Under the pieces are notes generated by a model. It searched no databases, had not been told where the DNA came from, and saw only the letters and a list, made by a program, of their open reading frames with translations. Both the position numbers and the translations under genes were made by a program. A stretch of DNA of 64,000 bases from Podarcis bocagei (lineage: Eukaryota): NCBI GenBank assembly GCA_964188305.1, contig OZ076888.1; one strand, 5' to 3'. Shown piece by piece: positions 37,301-50,439 of this stretch. Numbering within the stretch: the stretch's first letter is position 1; each line of letters starts with the position of its first letter.

Positions 37301-38080
37301 AAGAACAGTAATGGCAGAGGAACAACTTATGGCAAAATGGTGGTGGAAAGTGATTAAAAAATTGGCAAAGAGACTTTACACGTAGCAAAGACCTGAGATG
37401 ACAAGACTTTCTTCCTCTCTTCCCATTCCAGTTTTCTGCTGTGCAGTTGAGTGAGGCGGTTCACCTGTGGGACTCATGAACCATGGCACACACAATCAAA
37501 GGAGGAAGCTAGGAGGCAGAGGTGATAGAAGGGGAAACTTGGGGCAGAGCCACACGGCGCAATTAAAGCACATCTGATGCACATTTAAAGCATATGGCTT
37601 CCTCCAAAAATCCTGGGAGCTTTCATTTAAGAATACTCAGATTTCTGGCTCTGCAAAAGGGAAACTACAGTTCCCAAGATTATTTGTGGGCAGGCATTGT
37701 GCTTTAAATATGTATTGGATATGTTTTAAATGCATGGTGTGAAACTGACCTTTTTATTCTCAGCTGGATTGTATCCTATCAGAGATGACTAAGGAAGATA
37801 AAATTATCCTCCTGGGTTATTATAATGCAAGAGTAGCAAGGTGCTTGCACACTGCTTGCTAAGCTACTCCTCCTTCCACCACTGCCTCTACGTGGTTGCA
37901 AAAAGGATATAATTTATCTCCTTATTGCCCCACAAACCCATAAACTGCCACACCAACTGCAGCTTCTCACACTGTCTCCCACAGCTGGCTATAAAGCATT
38001 GTGATCAGCACTTTCTAACATTTGAAAGTGTTGATCACTTTTCCTACCGGGGCAGTTATCTTTCTACAAGGGCCGACATC

Positions 38081-39482
38081 TCAAAACTTCCATTCCTGGG
38101 CAAGGTGATTGAGCAAGCGGTTGCCGAACAACTCCAGGCACGCCGGGAAGAAGCGGACCATTTGGATCCCTTCCAGTCGGGATTCAGGCCTCATCATGGG
38201 ACTGAAACTGCCTTGGTCGCACTGGTTGATGATCTCCGGCGGGCTAGGGACAAAGGTGAGAGCTGTTTCCTAGTTCTGCTGGATCTCTCAGTGGCGTTTT
38301 GATACCATCGACCATAGCATCCTTCTGGACCGTCTTGAGGGGCTGGGAGCTGGGGGCACTGTTATACAGTGGTTCCGCTCCTTCCTCCTGGGCCGTGTTC
38401 AGAAAGTAGTGGTGGGGGATGAGTGTTCAGACCCCTGGGCTCTCACTTGTGGGGTGCCTCAGGGTTCTGTCCTCTCCCCCGTGCTTTTCAACATTTACAT
38501 GCAGCCGCTGGGAGAGATCATCAGGAGGTTTGGGCTGGGTGTTCATCAGTATGCGGATGATACCCAGCTCTACCTCTCTTTTAAATCAGAACCAGTGAAG
38601 GCGGTGAAGGTCCTGTGTGAGTGTCTGGAGGCGGTTGGAGGATGGATGGCGGCTAACAGATTGAGGTTGAATCCTGACAAGACAGAAGTACTGTTTTTGG
38701 GGGACAGGAGGCGGGCAGGTGTGGAGGATTCCCTGGTCCTGAATGGGGTAACTGTGCCCCTGAAGGACCAGGTGCGCAGCCTGGGAGTCATTTTGGACTC
38801 ACAGCTGTCCATGGAGGCACAGGTCAAATCTGTGTCCAGGGCAGCTGTTTACCAGCTCCATCTGGTACGTAGGCTGAGACCCTATCTGCCTGCGGACTGT
38901 CTCGCCAGAGTGGTGCATGCTCTGGTTATCTCCCGCTTGGACTACTGCAATGCGCTCTACGTGGGGCTACCTTTGAAGGTGACTCGGAAACTACAACTAA
39001 TCCAGAATGCGGCAGCTAGACTGGTGACTGGGAGCGGCTGCCGAGACCATATAACACCGGTCTTGAAAGACCTACATTGGCTTCCAGTACGTTTCCGAGC
39101 ACAATTCAAAGTGTTGGTGCTGACCTTTAAAGCCCTAAACGGCCTCGGTCCAGTATACCTGAAGGAGCGTCTCCACCCCCATCATTCTGCCCGGACGCTG
39201 AAGTCCAGCGCCGAGGGCCTTCTGGCGGTTCCCTCATTGCGAGAAGCAAAGCTACAGGGAACCAGGCAGAGGGCCTTCTCGGTAGTGGCGCCCGCCCTGT
39301 GGAACGCCCTTCCAGCAGATGTCAAAGCGATAAACAACTACCTGACATTCAGAAGACATCTTAAGGCAGCCCTGTTCAGGGAAGTTTTTAACGTGTGATA
39401 TTTTACTGTATTTCTGTTTTCTATGGAAGCCGCCCAGAGTGGCTGGGGAGGCCCAGCCAGATGGGCGGGGTATAAATAATAA

Positions 39483-39524
<42 letters not shown>

Positions 39525-39527
39525 GAT
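38081..39527 (+). mobile_element. Young 5'-truncated L2 (RT to 3' end)
   Basis: Near-identical to the 31488 copy with a +1 T frameshift near 38300 and a (TTA)n tail. Flanks GCCGACATC (38072-38080) and GCCGAAATC (39528-39536) are a probable TSD. Confidence 0.92.
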
Positions 39528-39604
39528 GCCGAAATCCAGTATCACCTGAGCTGTGTGAGTGCAGCTTTCTCCCAATTAGGTGCAGAGTGTTTGAGGACCA
39601 GGAC

Positions 39605-41443
39605 ATTCCCACTTGGGAAGGCAGGTGAACTAACGTCAGGCCTCATCATGGGACTGAAACTGCCTTGGTCGCACTGGTTGATGATCTCCGGCGGGCTAGG
39701 GACAAAGGTGAGAGCTGTTTCCTAGTTCTGCTGGATCTCTCAGCGGCGTTCGATACCATCGACCATAGCATCCTTCTGGACCGTCTTGAGGGGCTGGGAG
39801 CTGGGGGCACTGTCATACAGTGGTTCCGCTCCTTCCTCCTGGGCCGTGTTCAGAAAGTGGTGGGGGGGGATGAGTGTTCAGACCCCTGGGCTCTCACTTG
39901 TGGGGTGCCTCAGGGTTCTGTCCTCTCCCCCATGCTTTTCAACATCTACATGCGGCCGCTGGGAGAGATCATCAGGAGGTTTGGGCTGGGTGTTCATCAG
40001 TATGCGGATGATACCCAGCTCTACCTCTCTTTTAAATCAGAACCAGTGAAGGCGGTGAAGGTCCTGTGTGAGTGTCTGGAGGCGGTTGGAGGATGGATGG
40101 CGGCTAACAGATTGAGGTTGAATCCTGACAAGACAGAAGTACTGTTTTTGGGGGACAGGAGGCGGGCAGGTGTGGAGGATTCCCTGGTCCTGAATGGGGT
40201 AACTGTGCCCCTGAAGGACCAGGTGCGCAGCCTGGGAGTCATTTTGGACTCACAGCTGTCCATTGAGGCGCAGGTCAAATCTGTGTCCAGGGCAGCTGTT
40301 TACCAGCTCCATCTGGTACGTAGGCTGAGACCCTATCTGCCTGCGGACTGTCTCGCCAGAGTGGTGCATGCTCTGGTTATCTCCCACTTGGACTACTGCA
40401 ATGCACTCTACGTGGGGCTACCTTTGAAGGTGACTCGGAAACTACAACTAATCCAGAATGCGGCAGCTAGACTGGTGACTGGGAGCGGCCGCCGAGACCA
40501 TATAACACCGGTCTTGAAAGACCTGCATTGGCTCCCAGTACGTTTCCGAGCACAATTCAAAGTGTTGGTGCTGACCTTTAAAGCCCTAAACGGCCTCGGT
40601 CCAGTATACCTGAAGGAGCGTCTCCACCCCCATCATTCTGCCCGGACGCTGAGGTCCAGCGCCGAGGGCCTTCTGGCGGTTCCCTCATTATGAGAAGCAA
40701 AGCTACAGGGAACCAGGCAGAGGGCCTTCTCGGTAGTGGCGCCCGCCCTGTGGAACGCCCTTCCAGCAGATGTCAAAGTGATAAACAACTATCTGACATT
40801 CAGGAGACATCTTAAGGCAGCCCTGTTCAGGGAAGTTTTTAACGTGTGATATTTTATTGTATTTTTGGTTTTTATGGAAGCCGCCCAGAGTGGCTGGGGA
40901 GGCCCAGCCAGATGGGCGGGGTATAAATAATAAATTATTATTATTATTATTATTATTACTGGAAGAAGTGAAGATCACCAGTTTTCAAGCAATGATTCTT
41001 CAACATCAACTTTGTTGGACTGGTCATATTGTTCGGATGCCTGATTATCGTTTTCCAAAGCAACTGCTCTATTCCCAGCTTAAGAATGGAAAGCAGAATG
41101 CCAGTGGACAACAAAAAAGGTTTAAAGACACTCTCAAGGCAAATCTTTAAAAATGCAGTATAAGCACAGATAATTGGAAAACACTGGCCTTGTGAGCTCC
41201 AATTGGAGAATAGCCTCTACTAAAGTACTTTGAAGAAGGACAAAGGGGAGAAACGAGCTAAGAGGAAGGCAAGTGTGGCAAATCCTCAGCATGATCAACT
41301 CCTGCTCGGAAACCTATGTCTCCACTGTGGAAGGATGTGTGGATCCAGAATTGGCCTCCACAGTCACTTACGGACACAGCTTTAAGACCATGTTCATTTA
41401 GGACAATCTTACTCAGCTAAGAGTGCTGGCCAAAGAAGAAGAA
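39605..41443 (+). mobile_element. RTE-clade LINE 3' fragment split by an L2
   Basis: TWEGR*TNVS (39611-39639) continues as LEEVKITSFQAMILQHQLCWTGHIVRMPDYRFPKQLLY from 40959. Terminal CLHCGR motif and (GAA)n tail at 41434-41443. Confidence 0.75.
39636..40958 (+). mobile_element. Young 5'-truncated L2
   Basis: Near-identical to the other copies, with a premature TGA at 40691-40693 (CGA>TGA) and a (TTA)n tail. Confidence 0.92.
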
Positions 41444-41685
41444 CAAAGCATTGACCTAATGCCCATTTCAGAGATAAATGTGAATGCATACCAGGCAGGG
41501 AAGTAGAGAGAGGGATAGTAAATGCTCTGCCTCTGATTATTAATTATAAGATTAGGTGCCCTATCACATACAGCTGTAAGCACAGAGTGTTCTCCCAGTC
41601 TGATCAGCAACCCAGAGCTACCCTTAAAGGTTGGATAAATGACAGGGCAGAGGCAAGTGCATAAATTACAGTGGCAAAAATTTCC

Positions 41686-41780
41686 AGGGGGTAGCCATGT
41701 TCATCTGTTGCAGCAAAAGGGGGAAAGAGTCTTATGGCACCTGAAAGATGAACATGTTTAGAGTCATGACTTCTTCTTCA
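41686..41780 (-). mobile_element. Degenerate Penelope-like pLTR remnant
   Basis: ggggtagccatgttcatctgttgcagcaaaa...agagtcttatggcacctgaaaga is the reverse complement of the tail type seen at 3470-3510 and 25270-25316. Confidence 0.45.
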
Positions 41781-44777
41781 TTCCCCCCTCCCTCACCCCA
41801 CTATGTTTTTGGCATCACATGTGCTCTGAGTTTATGGGATTAAGTCCTGATTTCCAAGTATAGCTCAAAGGCTGAAATGGACTGAAACAAAAATCCATCA
41901 ATTACTTATCTTTGACTAATGGGATTTGCAGGGGCTCTGGTTTGGGGAAAGACAAGGAGAAAAGAAGCATATGGATGATCAGGAGGGACCTTCTCCCTCA
42001 CCTTTGATTATACTACCAATACATCTGTTCAAAATTCCCATTTCCACAGATAATTACTGATTTCAAGGGGAGATTTCAATTTGAAGGATATAAAACCCCA
42101 CAACTGGATAAGGCAGCCGCCTTCAAAATGTTTCAGTTGTTCTTAAAATTGCCATGGCAAGCTTGATTCTGGCATCTTTATCCATGCTGAATTATTCCAG
42201 TCCTTCGCCAGACAGCAGGACTGCCAGGGTTACATGAAACACCTGGCCTAGTTTGCTGGCTCCCTGCTGTCCTGCTTCACTTTGAAACCTGTTGCTCTAT
42301 TTTCAGCCTCAGAATAATGTAAACACTGAACAAGACTAGATATGATCCCTTTTCTCTTTTATTGATGTGCTGTTGTCTTCTAAATGACACCTTGCTTCTC
42401 ACAGAAGTGACAACTAATTCGGTCCTGTTGGGATAATTTTATGAACCATCACCTCCTTGGCACTTGTTCGTATCCAAAATGTTTTACACTTCTTGCCTCC
42501 TCAATCCTGAACAATAGACTGCAAGAGAGTGTGTTTTGTTCTATCATTGAACTGAAGAAGGGTTGCCTGTTAAAACCAGCCCATACTCTGAGCCAGCTTG
42601 AAAGCTCCAGGTTCCACATCCTAGTCCTAACAAGGACTTCTCTAAGATGGTATTCCACAAGAAAGCTATAATGTAAAAAACCAATATTTGGCACAGTGGC
42701 TAGGTTAGAGGGGAGGACTTTGGCCAGGGATACTTGATGGCACAGCTGATCCCTGCAGATTGCAGGCTTGAAGTCACTGCCCCTCAGCTGATAGGTGGTG
42801 ACTGAAGTCTGCTGAATAGCAGCATATCAGAGCACTGCACCAGGCTCTTTGCAAACCTGCGTAGTGCTTTGAAGTCCCAAGTCAGGGACTGTCAGGTTAG
42901 CATCCTCAGCTAACTGTCCAATTGGGCCCACAAGGAATACATGAGAAGGATCTGGATCTCTGGCCAGATCAGGTTCCCCACCACTGCCCTAAAGCACAGT
43001 GGGTGACCACCATTCATTTTTGCTGAGTTATTGTGAGGGTAGAAGGGGAACTTGTACACCACAGAGCTTCTTGGAATTTAAAATAAAAATCTATGATTCT
43101 AATAATGTAAGTTTTATACTGGCTGAAGTGTATGTTCCCAGTGATTGCTAACACCGGGATAGTGTCTCTTCATATAATCAGGCTGCTACATGTGGTAAAT
43201 AGCTTACATTGACACTCTTCCCCTGCATAGTACCCTGCAAAGATTTTGGACTCCAACTCCCTTTAGCCTTATGAGGAAGGCTGAATTAAGTATTAGAGTG
43301 CCAAAATGGACCGAAATTCATAGAATGGATTTCCTTTAGATATGAAATGGCCTCGTTTCCACCAGAGTCTGGCCTGAATTAAAGCTTGCTTGTTCTGTTC
43401 AGCCTTGTAGAGAAAAAACATTACATAAATATTGAATATTGAATAGTGCCAAAGAAAGTATGTGCAGTAATGTTTGCCTCCACTTGAGAAACCCAGTCAT
43501 CCGTTGCAAGGGCATAACAGTGCAAATCTCAGTGCAGGAAATTGAGAAAGGCTACCGTATCCAATTAAATTTGGAACCTCAAAAATGACGTTCAGAAGAC
43601 GGGAATGTAGCTGTTCAAAATGGAATCTGGCCAAGACGTCCACTTTCACCTCACCAGCTAATATCCTGAGACTTTTAACAGTGATATGAGGTCGGTACTC
43701 CAATTTTAGAGCTCAACTGAATTATTGTAATCTGTAGCAATAAAAGACTTTTCCAGGTCACTGGTTTTTAAGCAGAAATGACACTATATTTAAAACAGTG
43801 ATCATCCTGCAGCACGGGCATAAGAATGGACAAAGTTCATTTGTATTTACAGTAACTTTGTCATATACACCAGACTGTCCAGAGACAATTCAGCAGATTG
43901 CAAAGATAATGAAAGCATGACTGAAAATGAAGAAGTGGGGCATGGGCCACTATGGATGACATAATCATCCTGTTCCCGTTAGACATCATGGAAACAGTAG
44001 GCTTTGGCCCCATTTAATGTATCCATTTTGAGAGCTTGGAGCAGACAACAACACTTTAAAAAGTAAGCTAAGAAAAGGTAACAAGATAAAAGGTTTGCTA
44101 ATGAACATTATATTCTAATAAATGTAACATTTCTCCCATGATGTTTTAATCCCCAGGTGGAGTGTCTTAAGAAACTTAAGGAATACCCAGACTCAGTTCC
44201 ATACTTGCAGAAGGGCCAAGAGTGAGAATTTGGAAGCATCAGAAAGCATATGAGGAAGGGATGGACCATTAAGAACATATTGGGATCTAATAGCCTAGCC
44301 ACAACTTATCTGCTTATAGAAGAGGCCTTGTGGGAGGCTTCTGGAAACTTATTCAGGTTATAAAGCCCAGAGTAGCAGAGGCAAATTCATTTTCAAGTTT
44401 TATATTACAATGTGTTTGTTGTTTTTGCTGCAATGTATGACTAGCCTTTTGGCATCTTCATAGCTACTTCAGGTGACAAGACAAAATAAATCCAGAGTTC
44501 TTTGGCTTTCCCTTTCATTTAATGGACAAGTAAATGTAGTGGAGAGTTGACAGCGGAGAATTATGGTTGATATATGGACATAGAAAGGGACAGAGAAAAG
44601 CATGGTGTAAATCCAGTTATACAAGCCCAGTGATTAAGCAGGATAGTTCTGGTTGTACAAGCCCAACGATTAAGTAGGCTAAGGAAGAATTAAGTGTCAT
44701 CAGTCTAGGGGAAATAACAGAAGAGGAAGACAAATGGACTTTGAAATTATTTAGTCATTCCATATGCAGGTATAGAG

Positions 44778-44971
44778 TAAACGGCATTTCCGTGTGCTCT
44801 GGCACTTGTCACGGTGTCCCGTTGTGACAGAAGTGGTTTAGTCATGCTGGCTAAATGACCCGGAAAGCTGTCTGTGGACAAATGCCAGGCCTGAAAAGTG
44901 AAATGAGTGCCGCACCCCATAGTCACCTTTGACTAGACTTAACCATCCAAGGGTCTTTTACCTTTACCTTT
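44778..44971 (+). mobile_element. 5'-truncated Sauria SINE
   Basis: ttagtcatgctggc..atgacccggaaagctgt body and ACCTTT tail. Probable TSD TATAGAG at 44771-44777 and 44972-44978. Confidence 0.8.
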
Positions 44972-45623
44972 TATAGAGCAACAAGGAATAGAGGGTTGGT
45001 GATATAATTATTATTATTTAACTGATATACCTCTTACTGCCAAAATAGGCTTCTAAGCAGTTTACAAGTATATAAGTCAATAGCACAAACATTAACGCAT
45101 AAACATCCATAATTAAATTAAATCCCATTACAACATTAAAATATAAACATCCATAATTTAAATAAAGGAAGTAAAGCAGTTCCATTAAAACAACACAGCA
45201 ATTAAAACAGGAGACTTGGGATGAGTAAATACTTTCCCAAGTCTCTTTGTATGGTTGACAAAACTTACTCAGATGTTAACTGCACAGAAACAAAAATGAA
45301 GCTTCCCATCTTTGTCAAACACATAAAATTTACTGCTTTTTGGAGCCAGTCTTAAAGAACAGCCCAAGTTTCCCTTAATAGAACTGTGGCTGCACATCAT
45401 TAAACTGAGAAGGTTTCTTTTGGTGCAGAAAGGTGTTTATATAAATGTCCATTAATCTTTGCCTTCTAGTTGCTTCTGGTTTTGTAGCCAAAAGTGAAAT
45501 CTCTTAAATTATTTCAGTTTAATCTTCTGAAGTGTGCTTCTTGGGAGGTACACACATCAATAGCTGGGGCGTGGTGCGTCTGTGTGCTGATCTCTTTACA
45601 GTTCACTGAGCAATACCAAATGA

Positions 45624-45655
45624 CCTACCTACCTACCTACCTACCTACCTACCTA
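45624..45655. repeat. (CCTA)n microsatellite
   Basis: Direct observation. Confidence 0.95.
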
Positions 45656-47029
45656 CAGGACTACCTTTCCCCCAGCAGACTCCACAACATTATAGGAAAC
45701 TTTAGTTTGAGTTAGAGGGGAGGAGAGGGCAGCCAACATGATTAAATAATTACACTGAGAATTCACAGAATTATTTATTCATTGAATTCAGACTGAATTA
45801 CAGCTGGGGTTATCTTTCCTTGTGCTGAAAGTAATTGTCCCTCTCAGTATGTTCACTTAGCATACCAAAACACTGTCTGTGGGTATAAACTGGTAACTCT
45901 TACTCAGCGCTATTTTTCTAGAAAAAGAGGTGCCGAAACTCACCACGAACACCTCCCTTGTGCTCTTATCTTCTTTGGTGATTACTCGTAGCTGAGTAAG
46001 ATTGTCTTCCATAAACACAGTCTTAACAGTGAGTCCCAAACCATTCCTCATTATTGCTATTTCCCATTCCTTCAGCCAAAGTCAGAGAAGGAAACAGATG
46101 GCCACTTCTTGTCATTTCTTTAAGAAGTTCCTACCTGTGAGTTGTAGTTGAGTAGGAAACAAATCATGATACCACACTCCTAAAGCCCAGTAGCCTACAA
46201 GAAATCAGCTTGCTCTGTCGTTAGAACTGACACACATGGAATCTTCTTATAGAAACAACTGCTTGACAGGAAGTCATTTTAATGCCATACAGGCAACGGT
46301 TCCAAATGGGGTTGGTTATATTCCATACTGTCCTTTAAGAGCTCTAAGGATAGCACATGTTCTGCTGGTGAAAATCACACATCACTATGTTGAACTGACG
46401 TGACAAACTGACTTTGCCTAATGTTGCTAGACTTTCTTCTGTGATGTTATTGTACTAATTTGATTTTCACACAAAAACCAATAACAACATAGTGGCATTT
46501 GATTCCCAGGATTATATGAATACAGCCCCAGTATAAACACTCAAATGTAATAGCACTATAACCAGGCTAAATACATAGCTTTCTAAAGAAACATAGTGTG
46601 GCAGCTGAGAAATAAACAATCTAATATTAAGATTTCAGAAGCCGTTCCACTTTGCTGCATGATATTTCCTCAGGGGAATACCAGGTGCTCAAGACTCTCA
46701 AGGTTTGCATTCTGAAAAGTTAAATTCAGTCATTTCAGTAACTTTTTTGGTTTTCTTCTGACCCCTAATAATTACCCAGTCTGAGTATACCAACTTGTTT
46801 ACAGAGGTAAGTTTCTTCCTAGTTCAGAACAAGGCCCAAGAACACATTCTTTGTGTTCTTTTGCTAACTTTTGCATTTTATTCTCATGAAGAGAGAAAGG
46901 ATTAGGTTTATTGGATGGGGGCTTCTTGTGTTGTTATACTGAAAAAAAGAATAATAAAAACACACACCCTTAAAAAATGAATTTGGCCATTTCCTAACAC
47001 TTCCTAGTGTTCTGGTGCTTGACTCCTTC

Positions 47030-47127
47030 TCGCTGGTTTCCCACAGGCATCTGATTGGCCATTGTTGAGAACAGGATGCTGGCCTGGATGGGCCACTGGC
47101 CTGATCCAGCTCCCCTTACATTCTTAA
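47030..47127 (+). mobile_element. CR1 3' tail
   Basis: cccacaggcatctgattggcc...gatgggccactggcctgatccagc...ttctta. An opposite-strand relative lies at 48532. Confidence 0.6.
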
Positions 47128-47311
47128 TACTGACAATCAATGAAAGGACTGGAGGGGAGATCAATTGTGAAAGGGCTGATTTCTTAGCTGGTACCCTTTG
47201 TCATGGTGCATTAAGAAATATAAGAAAATGAGCCAACCATGGCTGAATTTGCATCTCTCTCACCTGTTTCATCTCAACACCTATATCTACTTGTGTGTGG
47301 TTGATATAGGA

Positions 47312-47572
47312 CAGGCATGTCCAACTGGTCGATCACGACCTACCAGTTGATCTCTGGGTGTTCCTGGGTGATCCTGGGTGATCGTTGGATTGATTGCCCA
47401 TTAAAAAAAAAAGGTGAACAACTCCGGTCAACCCTGACCTAAAACAGCTCAACCACTTTAATGAAGCCTCCCCCAAAAAAGCTCAACAACAACTCTGGTC
47501 AATGGGTAGATCACTACCAGTTTTTTTTATAGTGGGAGTAGATCACAGTCTCTTGGAAGTTGGACGTGCCTG
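47312..47572. mobile_element. hAT MITE
   Basis: TIRs CAGGCATGTCCAAC / GTTGGACGTGCCTG. Perfect 8-bp TSD ATATAGGA at 47304-47311 and 47573-47580. Confidence 0.9.
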
Positions 47573-48531
47573 ATATAGGAAATATCAGAATAAGTTCATG
47601 TTACATTAGAGACTGAACATGTTCCTTGCTCTAGCACAAACCTGTTCCCCAATTTTTTGAAGTCTTTCACACTAACACAAATCACTGTAATTACCTAGAA
47701 TGCATTCCACACAATCAAATATGTGTGTATCCAGAATGAAACTCCAAATTGAAGTGAGAAAGCCAGTCACGGTCTAAATGAGTTGCATATGCTTATGGGA
47801 TTGGCTATAATTATAATCTTTGAGGTCAGACAAATAAGCCCTCTGGAGAAGAAAATAAAGCAGCTATCTATAATAACTCTTGGGTTATTACATATTTATT
47901 AAGGAGAAGACAGAATCTGATTTTGCTTCACTACGTAGTATATATGGTTTATTTTAAAGCCCACTGTTGAGCAACTTATTTATTAGGAACAACCAAAATG
48001 TCACAAAATGATGCATAAGATGTCTTCAGGTGTGTTGTTACACAAAGCAGGAAGAGAATGTGGGGAGGTTGTTGCATTTATTTATTTATTTATTTATTTA
48101 TTTACAAGAAGTATTGAAGCCTTGAAGTTTCTAATTAGATTCAGTCTGAAATTGGAGGTTGAAGACTGAATATGTGTTATGTTACACCTAGGGTTTTGGG
48201 CTATGGCTGACCCCCCATTTTTGGAAAACACAAAGCCCAGCTGTTACACAGTTCTGCCTCACGCCTTAAGCAAAATACGCAGGTTCCTGGCTAGGGGGAA
48301 AGCTGTAGAAAGAAACACGATCACCTTTATACTGGACTTTGCAGACCAACACAGCTGCTTTTCAGTGTGTGTTTGGTATCTAGGGATGTTTTACCATTCA
48401 TTATCTGTACTTGTTCATTGCCTTGGAATCTACTGATGGGAAATGGTGGTATATGTATATGAGGTATAATAGAACCTATAATTGTATTCTTGGTATTGTA
48501 ATTATTTGATTTTAAATTGTACCACTGCTTC

Positions 48532-48730
48532 AAGAACATAAGAAGAGCCCTGCTGAATCCAGCCAATGGCCCGTCTAGTCCATCATCCTGTTCTCACCAA
48601 CCAGATGCCTGTGGGAAGCCCACAAACAGGAACTGAGCAGAAGAGCACTCTCTTCTCCTGTGGTCTCCAGCAACAGTTATTTGGTAGCATTACTATCTAC
48701 AGCTATGGAAGCAGAGCAGGGTCATTATGG
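48532..48730 (-). mobile_element. CR1 3' end
   Basis: aagaacataagaagagccctgctg...gtctagtcc..catcctgttctcac. Confidence 0.65.
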
Positions 48731-48807
48731 TCAGATTGATAAAGCGTAACAGGCATGAGATGCCTGGTGTCCTGCCATTTCAGAAGTAAGCAGGAGGACA
48801 ACTATAT

Positions 48808-49643
48808 TTGCCTGGAATTGAACTTTTTTTCTGGAAAAGCGTGTTCTCCTTCATGGAGAGCACATGTTGCAGTGGGGTCTGCTGAGCCACCCCTCTGTTA
48901 CCAGGCAGGGTCTCTAAAGATGGCCTGGGGCAGTGATTGGTTCACTGGGTTGCTGGGGTAAAAGTCATGTTGCAATTTTGGTGGGAGGGGTAAAATGTTT
49001 AAATACTCTGCACGCAGCCTGGAGCTTTCTCTTTGCTGCGTGCAACGGATCACCCGCCCACCCGCCCTTGAGTAAGGGGTTGTTGCATTGACCTTGCTAT
49101 GCCTGTCATGGGGTCGTCTGCCTTTGAGCAGGGGCCTGGTAGGAATTTTTCCATCTGGCAAATTGGCCGGCTGGGTGGTTTTTGCCTACTGCGTAGCAAA
49201 TCGTCACAACTTGTAAGGTTGTGGTTAGGCATTGGTTATAAATCTGGTGGAGGAGGGGTTAGGATAGGCTGGGCCTGCCCCTCCATGGTTGCTGCGGAAA
49301 GGGAATTCTGTTAAAGGAATCCTCGGGCTTGCCATCTTTTCGTCCAATCCCTGGAATGGGACTAGGGCCGGCAAGCCTTCGGGGAGCATGCGGATGAGAA
49401 TTGAGGGTCTGTGACTCAGCTCCATTTCTCCCCGACTTGCTTTCCCCCGCACTGTCTTTCGGTGGTGCCCGGAAGTCAGTTCTGTCCCCAGGCGGGGGGA
49501 CAGATCGTCTTAACCAATGCCTAAACAACCACTCGCGGTTTTGTATTTAAATAAAGTTGTGGCCAAAATTATGCAAAAACCTTAAACAAAAATTAAGTGT
49601 GCATTGTGAGTTATTTGGGGGGTGGCTTGGGGACCTCGACACG
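48808..49643 (+). mobile_element. Retroelement terminal remnant (LTR-like or Ngaro/DIRS-like)
   Basis: GC- and CpG-rich, with TATAAA at ~49237 and AATAAA at ~49550. Flanked by CAACTATAT at 48799-48807 and 49644-49652. Confidence 0.45.
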
Positions 49644-50257
49644 CAACTATATATAGCAACAGGCCTGAAGAAGAGAGAAAATTTAACAACTTTTGCATTA
49701 ACTGGTTTAATTTTATTTCTTATCTTTTAACAAAATAACACATATATTGACCACCAAAGACTCATAGAACATTATAGAACACTATGTTTTTGCAACTTGG
49801 GAATAACTACTGTACAATTGCTATCCTCAAACGGGCTTGTTGGGGAAATTGTTGGGGGAAGAAGGGGATAGTTTTCTCTCTTTTTTCACTCTTTAACCTT
49901 GTTCCATTCTACATGGAAAGCCAAAATAAAATATTTAATAATAAAGAAGATAGAAAGGAGAAGGGTGTTACAGCTGAGCAGAAAACACATAATAGTTAGA
50001 GCTGGGTTTGAGTGCCTGCCTGTCTGTCTGCCTGTCGAGAGAAAGAGACAAGAGGAGACAAACTATGGGATTTTTTTGTTGAATTGTTTAAAATAGCTGA
50101 CCTTTTATTTGGAGGGCTCCTGTCACTTTCAGCTTGCATTTACTACAGATTTTTGTAGTAAAAATAAAAGAGGAAAACTTGAATAACCAACTTTGCTTTG
50201 AACAGAGCCTTCTTGGTTGAGTAGAGTCTTTTGAGTAGAGCTTTAGGAAATATGAAG

Positions 50258-50439
50258 CACTGGCGGAGGAAGAGGCATGCGGGGGAGAGCACTGCCCCCA
50301 GCAGCACGATCCCGGTGGGGTACCATAATGGTTGCCCCCCCCCAATGCTGGGCGGCACGCCCCACCCCCGGGACGCACGCCAGCCCCACCCCTGCCTGCT
50401 CTCCGCCCCCCAGTGCCGGAGCATGAAGCTCCGCCACTG
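50258..50439. mobile_element. GC-rich hAT MITE
   Basis: TIRs CACTGGCGGAG / CTCCGCCACTG. TSD ATATGAAG/ATATGGAG. Confidence 0.75.

Noticed and set aside
43497-43733. Minus-strand coding exon after the acceptor-like ttttattgctacag
   Set aside because: All three frames from the acceptor hit stops within ~60 nt and there is no strong donor.
44616-44678. Two ~27-bp direct repeats with a 36-bp period
   Set aside because: Ordinary old local duplication with several mismatches.
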